A stretch of 64,000 nt of DNA from Octopus vulgaris (taxonomy: Eukaryota). Where the stretch lies: positions 46,872,001 to 46,936,000 of the forward strand of contig OX597822.1 of the NCBI GenBank assembly GCA_951406725.2, in the 5' to 3' direction. The position numbers were made by a program, and so were the translations under genes. The notes beneath the pieces were generated by a model. The model did no database searches. It saw nothing but the letters and a program-made list of their open reading frames with translations, and was not told the origin of the DNA. Of this stretch, positions 52,849 to 64,000 are shown in pieces (position 1 is the first letter of the stretch; each line of letters opens with the position of its first letter).

Positions 52849-53073
52849 TTAAACCATAGTTTGATATAAGGACATAAAGTATTTTCCAACAATCAAGTTG
52901 AATTTTGCCAACTAAAATTTATAGCCAAAAAAGTTTGGTCATAAAGATGTCTTTAGGAACCTAAAATTCCATGTGAAATGCAGCAAGATTTGGGAAGATA
53001 GTTTGTAGTCTAACCATTGAAACATCACTAAGTTGATTTGTAAGAGAATAGAGTATTTCTAGCATTGCTTTAA

Positions 53074-53294
53074 CCCTTTTGTTACCATATTTCTGTTGTG
53101 ATGCTCTGTGTTTCTTTCAATTAATTTTAAATATAACAAAGAATTTAGTAAAATAACTTAGTTATCATTAAGTTAGTGTTAGGAACATAAATTGTGACTA
53201 AGGTTTGGTGGAAGATTTTAATTCAAAACTGATGAAAACAAGACATTTGTGCTGAGAGCCAGAGCTGGTTTCAGCTGGGTTGGTAACAAAAGGG
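53074..53294 (-). mobile_element. piggyBac-type MITE, in inverted orientation relative to 52628-52848
   Basis: TTAA|CCCTTTTGTTAC ... GTAACAAAAGGG|TTAA; body is a diverged reverse complement of the previous copy. Confidence 0.85.
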
Positions 53295-53737
53295 TTAAAC
53301 CTATGTTTGGGGATTATAATCTTTACAGAGGAAAATATAAGGTTAAACTACCTCAGATTCACAATTTAGTTGTGTTAAATTCAGCCTTCATACTGTTAGA
53401 ATCATGAATACTTCCTCAGCCAACACCCAGAATATATCATCACATGGTAACAATATACACTGGAAATACGTTAGTTTAACGAGGCTTATGACAAATCAAC
53501 AATTGTGGAATTTAATTAATTCCATTCAAGAAAATGTTACTAGTCTTGATCTTCCCATGTTTAATGAAGATTAACACTGAAAGTAAACTGTCGCCCAGAG
53601 AATATACATACACTCTCATTCATGCATGCGCACACGCACACACACACATACATTCAGACATACACTTGCACACATACAAACTTGCATTTTACAATATGTT
53701 TGTGTAATTCCATTACACAAACATACATACATATGCA

Positions 53738-53769
<32 letters not shown>

Positions 53770-55533
53770 AAAATACACATATATACATGCATACATATAT
53801 ACCCATATGTGTACAAGTGTGTGTGTGTATGTAAATGGATGCAAATGTGATTGAGTCCTTAAGAAGTTTGTGTCATAAACATGACATCCTAGTTCAATCC
53901 CCTTGGGTTGAGTTTCAATTTGATTGAAAGCCTTGTGAGTGAAATCAAGTAAACAAACACCCACCGGATGTATCATTTATGACATGTAATACAAAGAGCA
54001 AGCTTTGTCACAAACTCTATCATACTGACCTACTTGAGAATAACATTATACAGAGAACACATTCCTGTGGAATACTCAGCTGCTCATATGCAAATTTAAT
54101 GAGCAGGTAATCCAGTTTATTAAGCTGAAATACTCATTGTCAAAAGTAACTGAAACCTGTTTTTGCTCAAATTTCAAGTTATGTTATGCATGTTTCCATA
54201 GCATGGCTATTTATTAGTTCATAAATGTATTACGAAATATAAATTACATAACCAAAACATTTCTTGAAGCATTTTGAACAGCTGACAAGTAAAACTGATC
54301 TATGGAAATTTCAATTCAAATTTTTTTTTAAATATTAGCGGAAAGTCAGACATAAGCACACCAGTTGTACAACAGGGTTAAATTAAACATACAAATCAAC
54401 TAGCAAAATGGTTCTCCATATCAGATATTATCATTAAAATTTATATGCAATAAACTGGTTGAACTTCTACAATACACAAAATATTATAATAATTTTTTTA
54501 ATACAATTCCTAATAATATTTAATCATAAAAATATATTGAAATTTTTTAAAACATCAAATGGCTATGGGGATCCACCTGAATAAAGTAAGACTCAACGAT
54601 GTCCATAGGAAAAAAAGAGTTGTGAATCACTAAACTAGTGTTTACATGGTTACAACAATGTACAAACGTTGCTAGCATTAATCAGCATTTGTCTACAAAA
54701 CACTTTATTAACCAGGAATTCTATAAATAGCAATAAATTATTCATTTGACACTGAAATAGAAATAAAATTTTAGAGAGAAGCATTTCTGGTAAAAACACT
54801 TTTTATATTGGTTTGAGATAAGCTGCCTCTGAGTAGAAAGTTTGTAATTGATCAAATTATTCCTCTCAAGATAAAATCCACGGAATATGATATGACCTTC
54901 AGTTTCCTAATATTGAGTCCATTCTCCAAGAAGTAGAAGTGTATCTTTTATATTTTGAGGACACTTAATTTTTCTTTCAAAACGATTTTAAAAGTGAAAT
55001 TAAAATTTGTGAAGAGTAAAACCATATTTATTTTTGGTGATGGTGCCACATAAAAAAGAGAGTTGGTGCCAGTGCCATGTAAAAAGCACTGGTGATGTGA
55101 AAAGTATTAGTGATGGTACCGCATAAAAAACGCTGAGAGTGCCACATAAAAAGTACCCAGTACACTCTGTAAAATGATTAGCCTAAAGTAGAGCATCCAG
55201 CTGTAAAAACCATACCAAAACAGACATGGGATCTGGTGCAGCTCTCCAGCCTTGCCAGCTCCTGCTGCCAGCTGCAAGGATTTGAAAAGTAGGGCAGATT
55301 TCCCCCCCATTATTTTGTAATTTAGGGAGGATTTTTGAAAAGCAAAGGGAATTCGCTGCAGTGTTCAGTGAACAAATCTAAACACTACCCAGCAGTGACT
55401 AAAACGTGAACCAATCAACTTTATGTATAGATTTTCTTTTTATTAGTTTGTTTCCTTCTACACAATATTAAAACAATGGCTAAAAATTTTCTGAAGCAGC
55501 ACCCCTACTAAAGGCATTTTCTTGGCTAGTATG

Positions 55534-55578
<45 letters not shown>

Positions 55579-56330
55579 ATATGTTTGCGCGTATATATAT
55601 GTGTGTAGATGCTACCATGTGTATGAGCACGCATAATATAGAATTTTATAAAAAACACTTCGTTGGGAACGAATTGCAAGGAAGGTAACTTTGAATAATA
55701 TATAAGGTTGAGTTATTTCCCTTGTAAAAACCAGTAAAAATTTAGATGTAAAAAACATATGTGGTTTAGTTTGGGAGGATTATGTTCGAAAAAAACTGAT
55801 TGAGCTTCTGTAATGCACAACTTGCAGATATCGGGAAAAATATCCAGTCATTTAAATTTTTTATGAGATATTAACAATGTTATCCAATGATGTTACGACC
55901 CGCTTACAAGTTAAATTAAATCAATAGCCAGAAGGCGAAGGTTTAAGCAATCTATAGAATTTTTATGAATCTGGAAAAAAGTTAGAACCAGAATATCTCT
56001 AGAAATGATGTTGTGAAATAAATAAAGTACAGAGTTACATTTAAGGAGGCCAAATTTAAAAAGGCTGCTAAGTCTGTACTTGTTAATCCAAATATGACAG
56101 CGGTAAGTTATTTCAGGGGAAGTAATTTTAAAATACTTTTACTGAACACATTACGGAATGTAACAGAACTTGGTGTTCAACAGCAAAAGTTCACTAAAAT
56201 AAATAAACGTTTCTTTATTGGCCACAAGAGTCGCACACAAAACAACAGGACGATACAATACAAAGGGCTATGGGGTGGGGATACATAAAATGTATAAACA
56301 ATAAAACAGCAATAAAGTGATTATTATATA

Positions 56331-56524
56331 CTAGCAGTATCGATCGGCGTTGCTCGGGTTTGTAAGGGAAATAACTATATAAGCTAATACCCAGAAGGGC
56401 TCGATATGAATCACGACTATAAGATACCCGGTTTTGGTTAAACTGCACCGCAAAATGTGGGAGTAGTTAGGAATCTAAATCGTAGGAGACAGACAGCACA
56501 CAACCTCACTTTTATATATAAAGA
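56331..56524 (-). mobile_element. Non-autonomous Helitron (194 bp)
   Basis: Minus strand A|TCTTTATATATAAAAG ... CCCGAGCAACGCCGATCG imperfect hairpin ... CTAG|T; AT target site. Confidence 0.75.
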
Positions 56525-56529
56525 TATAT

Positions 56530-57824
56530 ACCCAAGCCTATTCCCCATTTTTTAGGAGTGGGTAGCCACAACAAGACACACACCAGGCATTCCATTCATT
56601 CCCTGCTCAAAAGGGCTAGCCCCGTTTTATGCTCGGGTCAAGGCATAGAACATAACCCCCAATATCAGCGGCGGGGCCTGATAGCATATGCTGGTTTACT
56701 CCCCGTACCCCTTTGAGCAACATCAAATTCACCTATCCATCCACACACTCTCCAAGCTCTCATTTATAAACTCTTGCTTCTCTCACTCCAACACTTCTAA
56801 CCACCAAAGCTTTCCTCACTTCATCCATCCACACAAACTGAGGACTGCCTCTGGTTCTGCTGCCTACCACTTCTGTCTTCATCACCCTCCTTACCATCCG
56901 CTCCTCATCCATCCTCTCCATGTGGCCAAACCATCTCAACATTCGTCTATCCATTTTGGTTAGTTTTTTTCTCATTCTTGCTCACCTTCGTACCTCCTCA
57001 TTCTTCATCCTGTCCTTCCGTGTCACACCAATCACAGCCCTCAAACATCTCATCTCAAACACATCTAGTCGCCTCCTTTCTGCCTCTCTCAGACCCCACG
57101 TCTCTGTACCATATAACATTGTCGGCACAATCACGCCCTCATACACACTTCTTTTCGCTTTCATACTCAACCTTTTATGTCTCAGCATACCTTTCACAAC
57201 TCCAAGTATCTTACTCCCTCCCCTCACTCTATATCCCACTTCCTAAACCCCCACCCCATCCGCCGTCACATGTGACCCTAGATACTTAAAAACACTCACC
57301 TTCTCTAACATCTCACCATTTATACTCATCCTATCAGCCATTCCATCTCCTGAACATCTCATCACCTTAGTCTTAGCTACATTCGCTTTCAGTTTCCTCT
57401 TCTCACATACTCTTCCAAACTCTGCCACCAGTCTCTTCAGTTGCTTTTCCGAATCCGCCACCAGTGCTGTATCATTAGCAAACAACAACTGACTCATCTG
57501 CCATTTCTCTCTATTTTCTCCCACCATTTGGGCACCCCTACCAAAGGTTCTAGCATTAACCTCTTTCACAACACCATCCTTATATAGATTAAACAGCTAC
57601 GAAGACATCACACAACCCTGTCTTAACTCCACCTTCAAATCAAACCACTCACTTACTTCACCACCCACCCTAATGCATGCCCTACTTTCTCTATAGAAAC
57701 TCTGAACAGCTCTCAACAACATACAACTGCAACACCTGCCACATTGCATCCCTATCCACACGGTCATGTGCCTTCTCTAGGTCCATAAAGGCCCTCCCTT
57801 TTGCCCAAAACTTCTTACACATCT
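56530..57824 (-). mobile_element. 5'-truncated RTE-clade LINE (RT through 3' UTR)
   Basis: LLFANDTALVAD, FKYLGS, IVPTMLYGTETW...FEMRCLR, LRWFGHMERM. Confidence 0.9.
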
Positions 57825-58124
57825 GGGTATGACTGGGTATGGCTCTAAACTACATCCAGTAGTGGGATCATGGATCCTGGTTTCAGGGTTTGAGGAGTGT
57901 AGGACCACCTCTTAGCCGCTATTGTTTCCAGGTCTACTCTGGCCTGGAGTGGTAGCACATGAAAGGGTCCCAGGTTTGGGTTAGCTAGCACCCTCACGCC
58001 TGCGACTGGTGGTGATGGGGGGGGGCACCAGTAGAATGCAGTCGCTGTATTCCCTGCATGTCGTAAGAAGCAACTAAAAGAAAGAAACAAAGAAAGAGTA
58101 ACAGTTTGTAATATAACCACAAAG

Positions 58125-58760
58125 CCAGGTGTTTTGAGGGGTGCAGGTTTTCTCGATTACATCGAACCCAACACTTAACTGGTACTTTATTTTATGAACA
58201 GCAGAATAATAAGAGGCAAAAATATGACCTCGATGGGATTCGAACTCAGAATGTAAAGTACCTGAAAATATACCACAAGGCATTCTTTCTATTGTGCTAA
58301 TGGTTCTGCCAGTTCACCACCTTCCATAATAATAATAGTGGTTTCAAATTTTGGCACAAGACCTGCAATTTCAGAGGAGAGGATAAGTCGATTACATCAA
58401 CCCCTAGTGTTTGACTGATACATATTTTATCGACCCCAAAAGAATGAAAGGCAATGTCTACCTTGGCGGAATTTGAACTCAGAATGTAAAGACAGACTAA
58501 ATGCCGCTAAGCATTTTCTCTATCTTTACGTTCGGCATGCTAACGATTCTGCCAACTTGCCGCCTTTTTCATAATAAGAATATGGCAGAATCGTTACTGC
58601 GCCTGAAAAAATGGTTAGCAGCATTGCTTCTGACGTTACGTTCTAAGTTCAAATGCCACCGAGGTCGACTTTGCCCTTCATCCTTTCGGGGTCGATAAAA
58701 TAAGTACAGTTGAGCACTGGGATTGAAGTAATCAACTTACTTCCTCCCACCAAATTTTTC
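58125..58760. mobile_element. Cluster of three copies of a third SINE family (two minus, one plus)
   Basis: Shared gattacatc.accc / tttatcgaccc / gaactcagaatgtaaag segments; the plus copy at about 58580-58760 is complementary to 58340-58570. Confidence 0.65.
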
Positions 58761-58796
58761 TCACTAAAAACCTTCCTGCTTACATATATATATATT

Positions 58797-59698
58797 AACA
58801 CATATTTTATAAAACAACAGATGCAAAACAATACCTTCTCTTTAGCTCTTGCCATCCTAGACACACAAAAATAAACATCACCTTCAACCTTGCAAGAAGA
58901 ATCTGCACTATTGTCTCAGAGAAAAATAAAACTAGTAATTTAAGACTACAAGGACTGAAAAACGTCCTCCTGGATAGACACTACCCAATCCAACTCATTA
59001 ATGAAGGAATAAAACGTGCCTAATCTATCAACCCGGCGACATTAAGAAAAATCAAAGACATTAAGAAAAACCTCTCCTTAAAACACTACCCTACATTTCC
59101 TCATACAACCCCAGAAACAAAGAAGCATTCAGCATATTCATACAAAACCTATCAATACTACACAAGGACCCAAAACTAAAAAGAATTTTACGTGACATTA
59201 AAATTGTCAAAAGCAACAAACAACCGAAGTCATTAAAGAAACTGCTAACTAATGCAAAATTATTCCCCTCCACAACATGCCCCAAAGTTAAAAAAATGTA
59301 ATCGCCCCAACACTGGTACATGCCCCAGCCTTTCGGAAGGGTCAGAATACTATTTTAAACAAGGGCAACATTTTAAAATTAAATCAAATTTCACTTGTGC
59401 ATCTGAAAATCTGATCTACGTAATCAGATGCTTGGGCTGCCAGAAAGACTATATCGGTAGCACAGAGAATTCTATCCGTCAACATTGTTCAGTGCATTGT
59501 CAATAGATAGCTTCACCACAATACCGCCAAATTTATCTCAGTGAACATATCAACGTATGTAAGAAACAAATACAACCTAAATTCACTATTTTCCCTCTAT
59601 ATAAATTTGCTGACTGGACTTCTACACAAATCTGACTCAATAAAGAGACATACTTCATCCAAAAATACAAACCTGAACTTAACACCAATTCATTTTAA
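58797..59698 (+). mobile_element. Penelope-like element 3' ORF remnant (RT thumb, Cys-containing linker, GIY-YIG endonuclease)
   Basis: YKTTDAKQYLLFSSCHPRHTK..LARRICTIVSE; FTCASENLIYVIRCLGCQKDYIGST; KETYFIQKYKPELN; frameshifts and stops present. Confidence 0.88.
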
Positions 59699-59825
59699 TT
59701 GTATTACTAATTATTACTTAATTACTTGACTCCTGGACAGCCATTCATATTCAAACCTGAGTCATGGGAGGTCCAACATCACTCTTATGAAGAAAGTATT
59801 CATATCTTGGCAATTGCTTTGTTGT

Positions 59826-62775
59826 TGACAGTTGAGCGGTACCCTAGCAGAACAATGGGGAGAAACTCAGACCAATGATGAGGGTCAGGAGCCGTGCGAA
59901 TAGCGACTCTGAGCTGGTGGTGGAACCTTTCCACCATTCCGTTCGCGGCAGCATGGTATCTGGTGGTGTGGATGTGCTGAACTCTGAGCAATCTCGAAAG
60001 CTCACAGAACAGACAAGCTTCAAATTGGCGTCCACGATCAGTAGTAATTCTAGAGGGTACTCCGAAGCGAGATATCCATCCAGAGATGAGTGCTCTGGCG
60101 ACTGTTTCTGAGGAAATGTCCACGAGAGGGATGGCTTCAGGCCATCTGGAGAAGCGGTCAATGCAGGTTAATATATAAGTAAATCTGTAACTGACCAGCC
60201 AAGGACCAACCAGGTCAATGTGTATGTGACGGAAGCTGGTGTCTGGTGGCTTGAAGTGTCCAAGAGGTGCTCTAACGTGACGATGCGCCTTGGAATGCTG
60301 ACATGGTAGACAGGCACGTGACCAAGTAGTAACAGACCATCACATATTCAACCAGAAAAAGCGAGCTATGATAAGCTTTACTGTGGCCGCATTGCCAGGG
60401 TCTGACAGTGAATGCAGTGCTTCAAAAACAGAACGATGGTGGAATTCAGGAATGAGGGGTCGTGGTGACCTGGTAGAAACATCGCAGAGAATGGCTCCTT
60501 CAGAAAAAGGCAGAGGCAGGTGTTCAAATTTGCAGCAGGAAAAATGTGGTGAAGAGGCATCCAAAGAGGGTTGGTCAGTAACCATAGCAACCAAATCAAT
60601 CGAACCAGGAGACAACAATGCTCCAATAGGTAGGCGAGATAAAGCGTCGGTCAGTGATATGGTGAATGCTACCAGTGAACTCTGATATATAGTCCAATTG
60701 CCTTGTTTCTCTGGATGAGCACTGGTCCATTTTTGCAAAGAGAGCGAACGTTAACAGTTTGTGGTCGGTGAATGTCGTGAAATCTCTACCTTCAAGAAGA
60801 TAAAAGAAATGCTTCACTGCCAGGTAAAATGCTAAGAGTTCTTTACCAAATTCACTATATCGCATTTTGGTATTTCTCAGCTGGCACAAGAAGAAGGCTA
60901 ATGGCTGACTTCTGCTGTTAACAGATTGCTCTAAAACTGCGCCTTTAGCAGATGATGACACATCAACAGTAAGTGACAATTTTGCATCCGGAACAGGGTG
61001 AGTGAGGAATTATGGCTGTAGGAGACAGCATTATCTGGGCGTCTTTCTTTCGCTGATCTTTCAAGTGCTGGGTCAAGGGAAGCAACTTCACACATTTAGG
61101 AATGAAGCGACGATAATAATTAATTAAACCAATAAAATTTCTGAGCTGATTTAAGGAAACAGGAGGAGACAAACGTTTGTTGGCTTCCACTTTAAAGGGA
61201 AGCAGACGAATAGCGTCAGCATCAATGAGATACTCCACGAATTCCAAACAAGTAGAACAAAAGACACCCTTAGCTGGATTGATCTTCGCGTCATAGGACG
61301 TAGGCGCTTGAATAGCTGGGTTAAATATTGGAGGTGTTGGTCTAGAGTACCACTAGCGATAACGTCATTGACGTACGTGAAGACAAAATCTAGCCCACAA
61401 ACAACCTCATCAATGAACCTTTGGAACGTGCTAGCCACATTACGAAGTCCAAACGGCATAGACAAGAATTCAAACGCTCCAAAAGGCGTGGTGACAGCTG
61501 TCTTTGGAATGTCGTCGAGGCTGACAGGGATTTGATGGTACGTGCGTACCGAGTCGATCTTAGAAAAAATCTTACAGTCTTGCAGGGCAGACGAAAAATC
61601 CTAAACATTTGGGAGGGGATAGCGATCTGCATCAGCGACGGTGTTAAGACATCTAAAATCTCTAATCGGTCGGAAATCAGCGTCATTCTTCCTGGTTATG
61701 TGTAGAGGTGCAGCCCACGGGCTCATGGAGGGATGAATAAGGTCTAGCTGAAGCATGTGCTCAAATTCAGCCCGGGCGATCCGGAGTTTCTCTGGAGGCA
61801 AATGGTGCGGTCGAGAAAAGACTGGAGGTTTCTTGGTCGTGATGAAATGTCTCGTAGAATGCGCTGGATTCGACGGATGAAATGACAAATCAGTTAACTC
61901 TGGAAACGAAGTGAGTAACTGTTGGTAGGAGCCACCCGAAGCGGCCATGAAGAAAGAATGGCTCTCAACGGGGACAGAAGAATCCTTTCCGGAGATGGCG
62001 AGTGAAGTTGTGTTATCAATGAGTTAGCATCCCTTAATGTCCACAATGAGAGAATAGTGGTATAAGAAATCAGCACCAAGAATAGGATAGGGCAGGTCTG
62101 CAATGACAAAGATCCATTTGAAATCCCTACGGAGTGATAAATCCAGGGTGAGGGAGATTTGTCCATAGGTTTTGATAGCGGAGTGATTCACCGCGTAGAG
62201 AGAAATTTCCGAAAGACCAGGATTGGTGGAGGTAAACCGTAGAGGTCAAATACTTAAGCTGGCACCTGTATCCACCATAAAGGACTTTGAAGAATTGGCA
62301 CCTCTGATAAAGAATACACGGTAGGGTGAATCAGTGGGGGAGACGACTGTCGTGTCCAGTGCCTCCCTGCCTAGTTTCCCTGTGAAGAGCAAGAGCAGGG
62401 TTGTATACACTTCTCGGCCTGGTCCTTGAACTCCTGTGGTACCAGCAGACTGGGGGAGCAGGAAGTGCGCGTGTGCGCGAGAAGGAGTGGAGCTTGGTCA
62501 TCCCTGGGAATGATCCTTTGAAGATGAACGGTTCCTGCACATGCGTGAAACCTGACAGGTCAGTTCTGCGATAGCCCACAAGATTTCAGAGAATTGTATG
62601 TCGTCCGGAGTAGAAGTAGTAGAACCTCGAGAGGAAAATGAAGAAGCGACAAGGCTATCGCGGAGAATGGTGAGCCAGAAAATTCCATAATCCTGATTGT
62701 GGAGGCAGCGAGTTGTTCAAGGGCCGTGTGTTCCATCATCGGAGCTAAAATTGATTGGGCATTAGAAGGCATCCT
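59826..62775 (-). mobile_element. Ty3/Gypsy LTR retrotransposon internal fragment (gag end-PR-RT-RNaseH-INT), degenerate, no LTRs seen
   Basis: FMVDTGAS protease; SPWAAPL, DRYPLP, MPFGLRN, YVND RT; ELLAFYLAVKHF, TDHK RNase H; [24 protein letters not shown] integrase, in Gypsy order. Confidence 0.93.
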
Positions 62776-63365
62776 TGGTTGGAATAAAACTTCAGTCTTC
62801 TTGATGCTGATAGTCAAGTCTTTTCCTGAATTTCTCAAAATGTTTGAGAAACCAGAGCACAATAATCAGTAAACAGAAATTCATACAGGATTTCTTCCTT
62901 GGTTTACTTTCTTTGATCTGAAACATTGCCCTTTCAGGTTTAATAGACATTCTGTGTGAAACTGGAATTTAACACCTCCAGGATAATCCCAAAAAGCACG
63001 TTGGAGCATCATTGAAAAGAACATGGAAAAAAGTACAGGGGCTACAACACAGTCCTGTTTGGTTCCAGTGGCAACAGAAAATGTCTCGGAACATTGACTG
63101 TTAGATATCACAGTTGCCATCATTCCTTTATGCAGGGATATTAATACCTTTATCATTTTGTCAGGAAGTCCAGCTTTTGACAAGATTTTCCAGAACGCTT
63201 CACTATTCACTATATCAAAAGTCTTGGTCAAGCCAACGAAAACCATGTACAAGTCAAGTATTTTGTTCACATGTTTTGGTGGGGTTTTTTCTTGAACTTG
63301 TTGCAGGGTAAAAATCATGTGGAATGTGCTGCTCCCTGCCCGAAATCTACATTGGGATTCAGAAT
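62776..63365 (-). mobile_element. RTE/BovB-like LINE RT fragment
   Basis: ESQCRFRAGSST..MIFTLQQVQEK, FVGLTKTFDIV, GTKQDCVVAPVLF, LTISIKKTEVLFQP. Confidence 0.85.
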
Positions 63366-63557
63366 CAACCCTAAAGGGGAAAAATCTAGAACTGATAAGA
63401 GTTGATTAGATCGATTGGCGTTTATTTTACAGTTCTCAAAAGGGTGAAAAGTAGACCCAAGCTTGTTAGTGCTTGAATTCAGAACATAAAGAGACTATTA
63501 TTTCGTCTACCACTCTACCGATTTTACCAAACCATTGCCCTTTAATAATAATTATGG

Positions 63558-63704
63558 AAGTGGCGTAGCTAGAGTGTGTGCCACCCTTGAGTTTGCTGTC
63601 TCCACAGATTAAACAGGCTTATGCAGCCGACAGAAAGGGGTTGCATCCTTAAAAGCGACGCCCAGGGTGGATCCCCTACCCACCCTCCACTAGCTGTGCT
63701 ACCG
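63558..63704. mobile_element. hAT-type MITE with an 8-bp TSD
   Basis: AATTATGG|AAGTGGCGTAGCTAG ... CTAGCTGTGCTACCG|AATTGTGG (TSD with one mismatch, degenerate 15-bp TIR). Confidence 0.65.
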
Positions 63705-64000
63705 AATTGTGGTTTCTGATAAAAGCACAAGGTTCCAAACTGAGGGATGAAAAGGAATCGATTAGATCACCTCTAATCTGTGGATAAAGCATTGTATTCG
63801 CAAACGTCCAGTTTAACCGATACGACAAGGCACAGCCTCGAAACTTTTTATAAAACTAATTTCAACAACAATAACCTGAACCACATAAACAAACCAATCT
63901 TTATTTTCTTTTGATGAGATTATTTAAACTATATCGTGTCAGTTTTCATTAGTCCTACCCGTTTGTGTATTTTGCCTTTGAAGATAGTTACACTTTAATG

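Noticed and set aside
55740-56210. A-rich stretch that reads like decayed coding sequence
   Set aside because: Several stops in the frames read and no motif I can recognise; a translated search would be needed to decide.

Overview
AT-rich, repeat-dense animal genomic DNA. The SINE families with (TGA)n tails and the (TA)n tracts suggest an octopus or other coleoid cephalopod; this is an inference. One protein-coding gene is reconstructed on the + strand: a DNAJB6/MRJ-type Hsp40 co-chaperone with 7 coding exons (6771-32585, about 279 aa, all GT-AG introns, phases consistent). Intron 1 holds a full-length but decayed Chapaev3-type DNA transposon. The region 35-64 kb is mostly TE remnants: RTE and CR1 LINE fragments, a Gypsy pol, a Penelope-like GIY-YIG fragment, Helitrons, piggyBac/hAT MITEs and many tRNA-SINEs. 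The most interesting signal is a set of short non-coding elements carrying minimal type I hammerhead ribozyme motifs with Penelope-style inverted ends. One has a tRNA B-box head and an 11-bp target-site duplication (37457-37732); another is a perfect 76-bp-arm palindrome with a hammerhead on each strand (50438-50595). All calls were made by eye, and TE boundaries are approximate unless a TSD or TIR is quoted.
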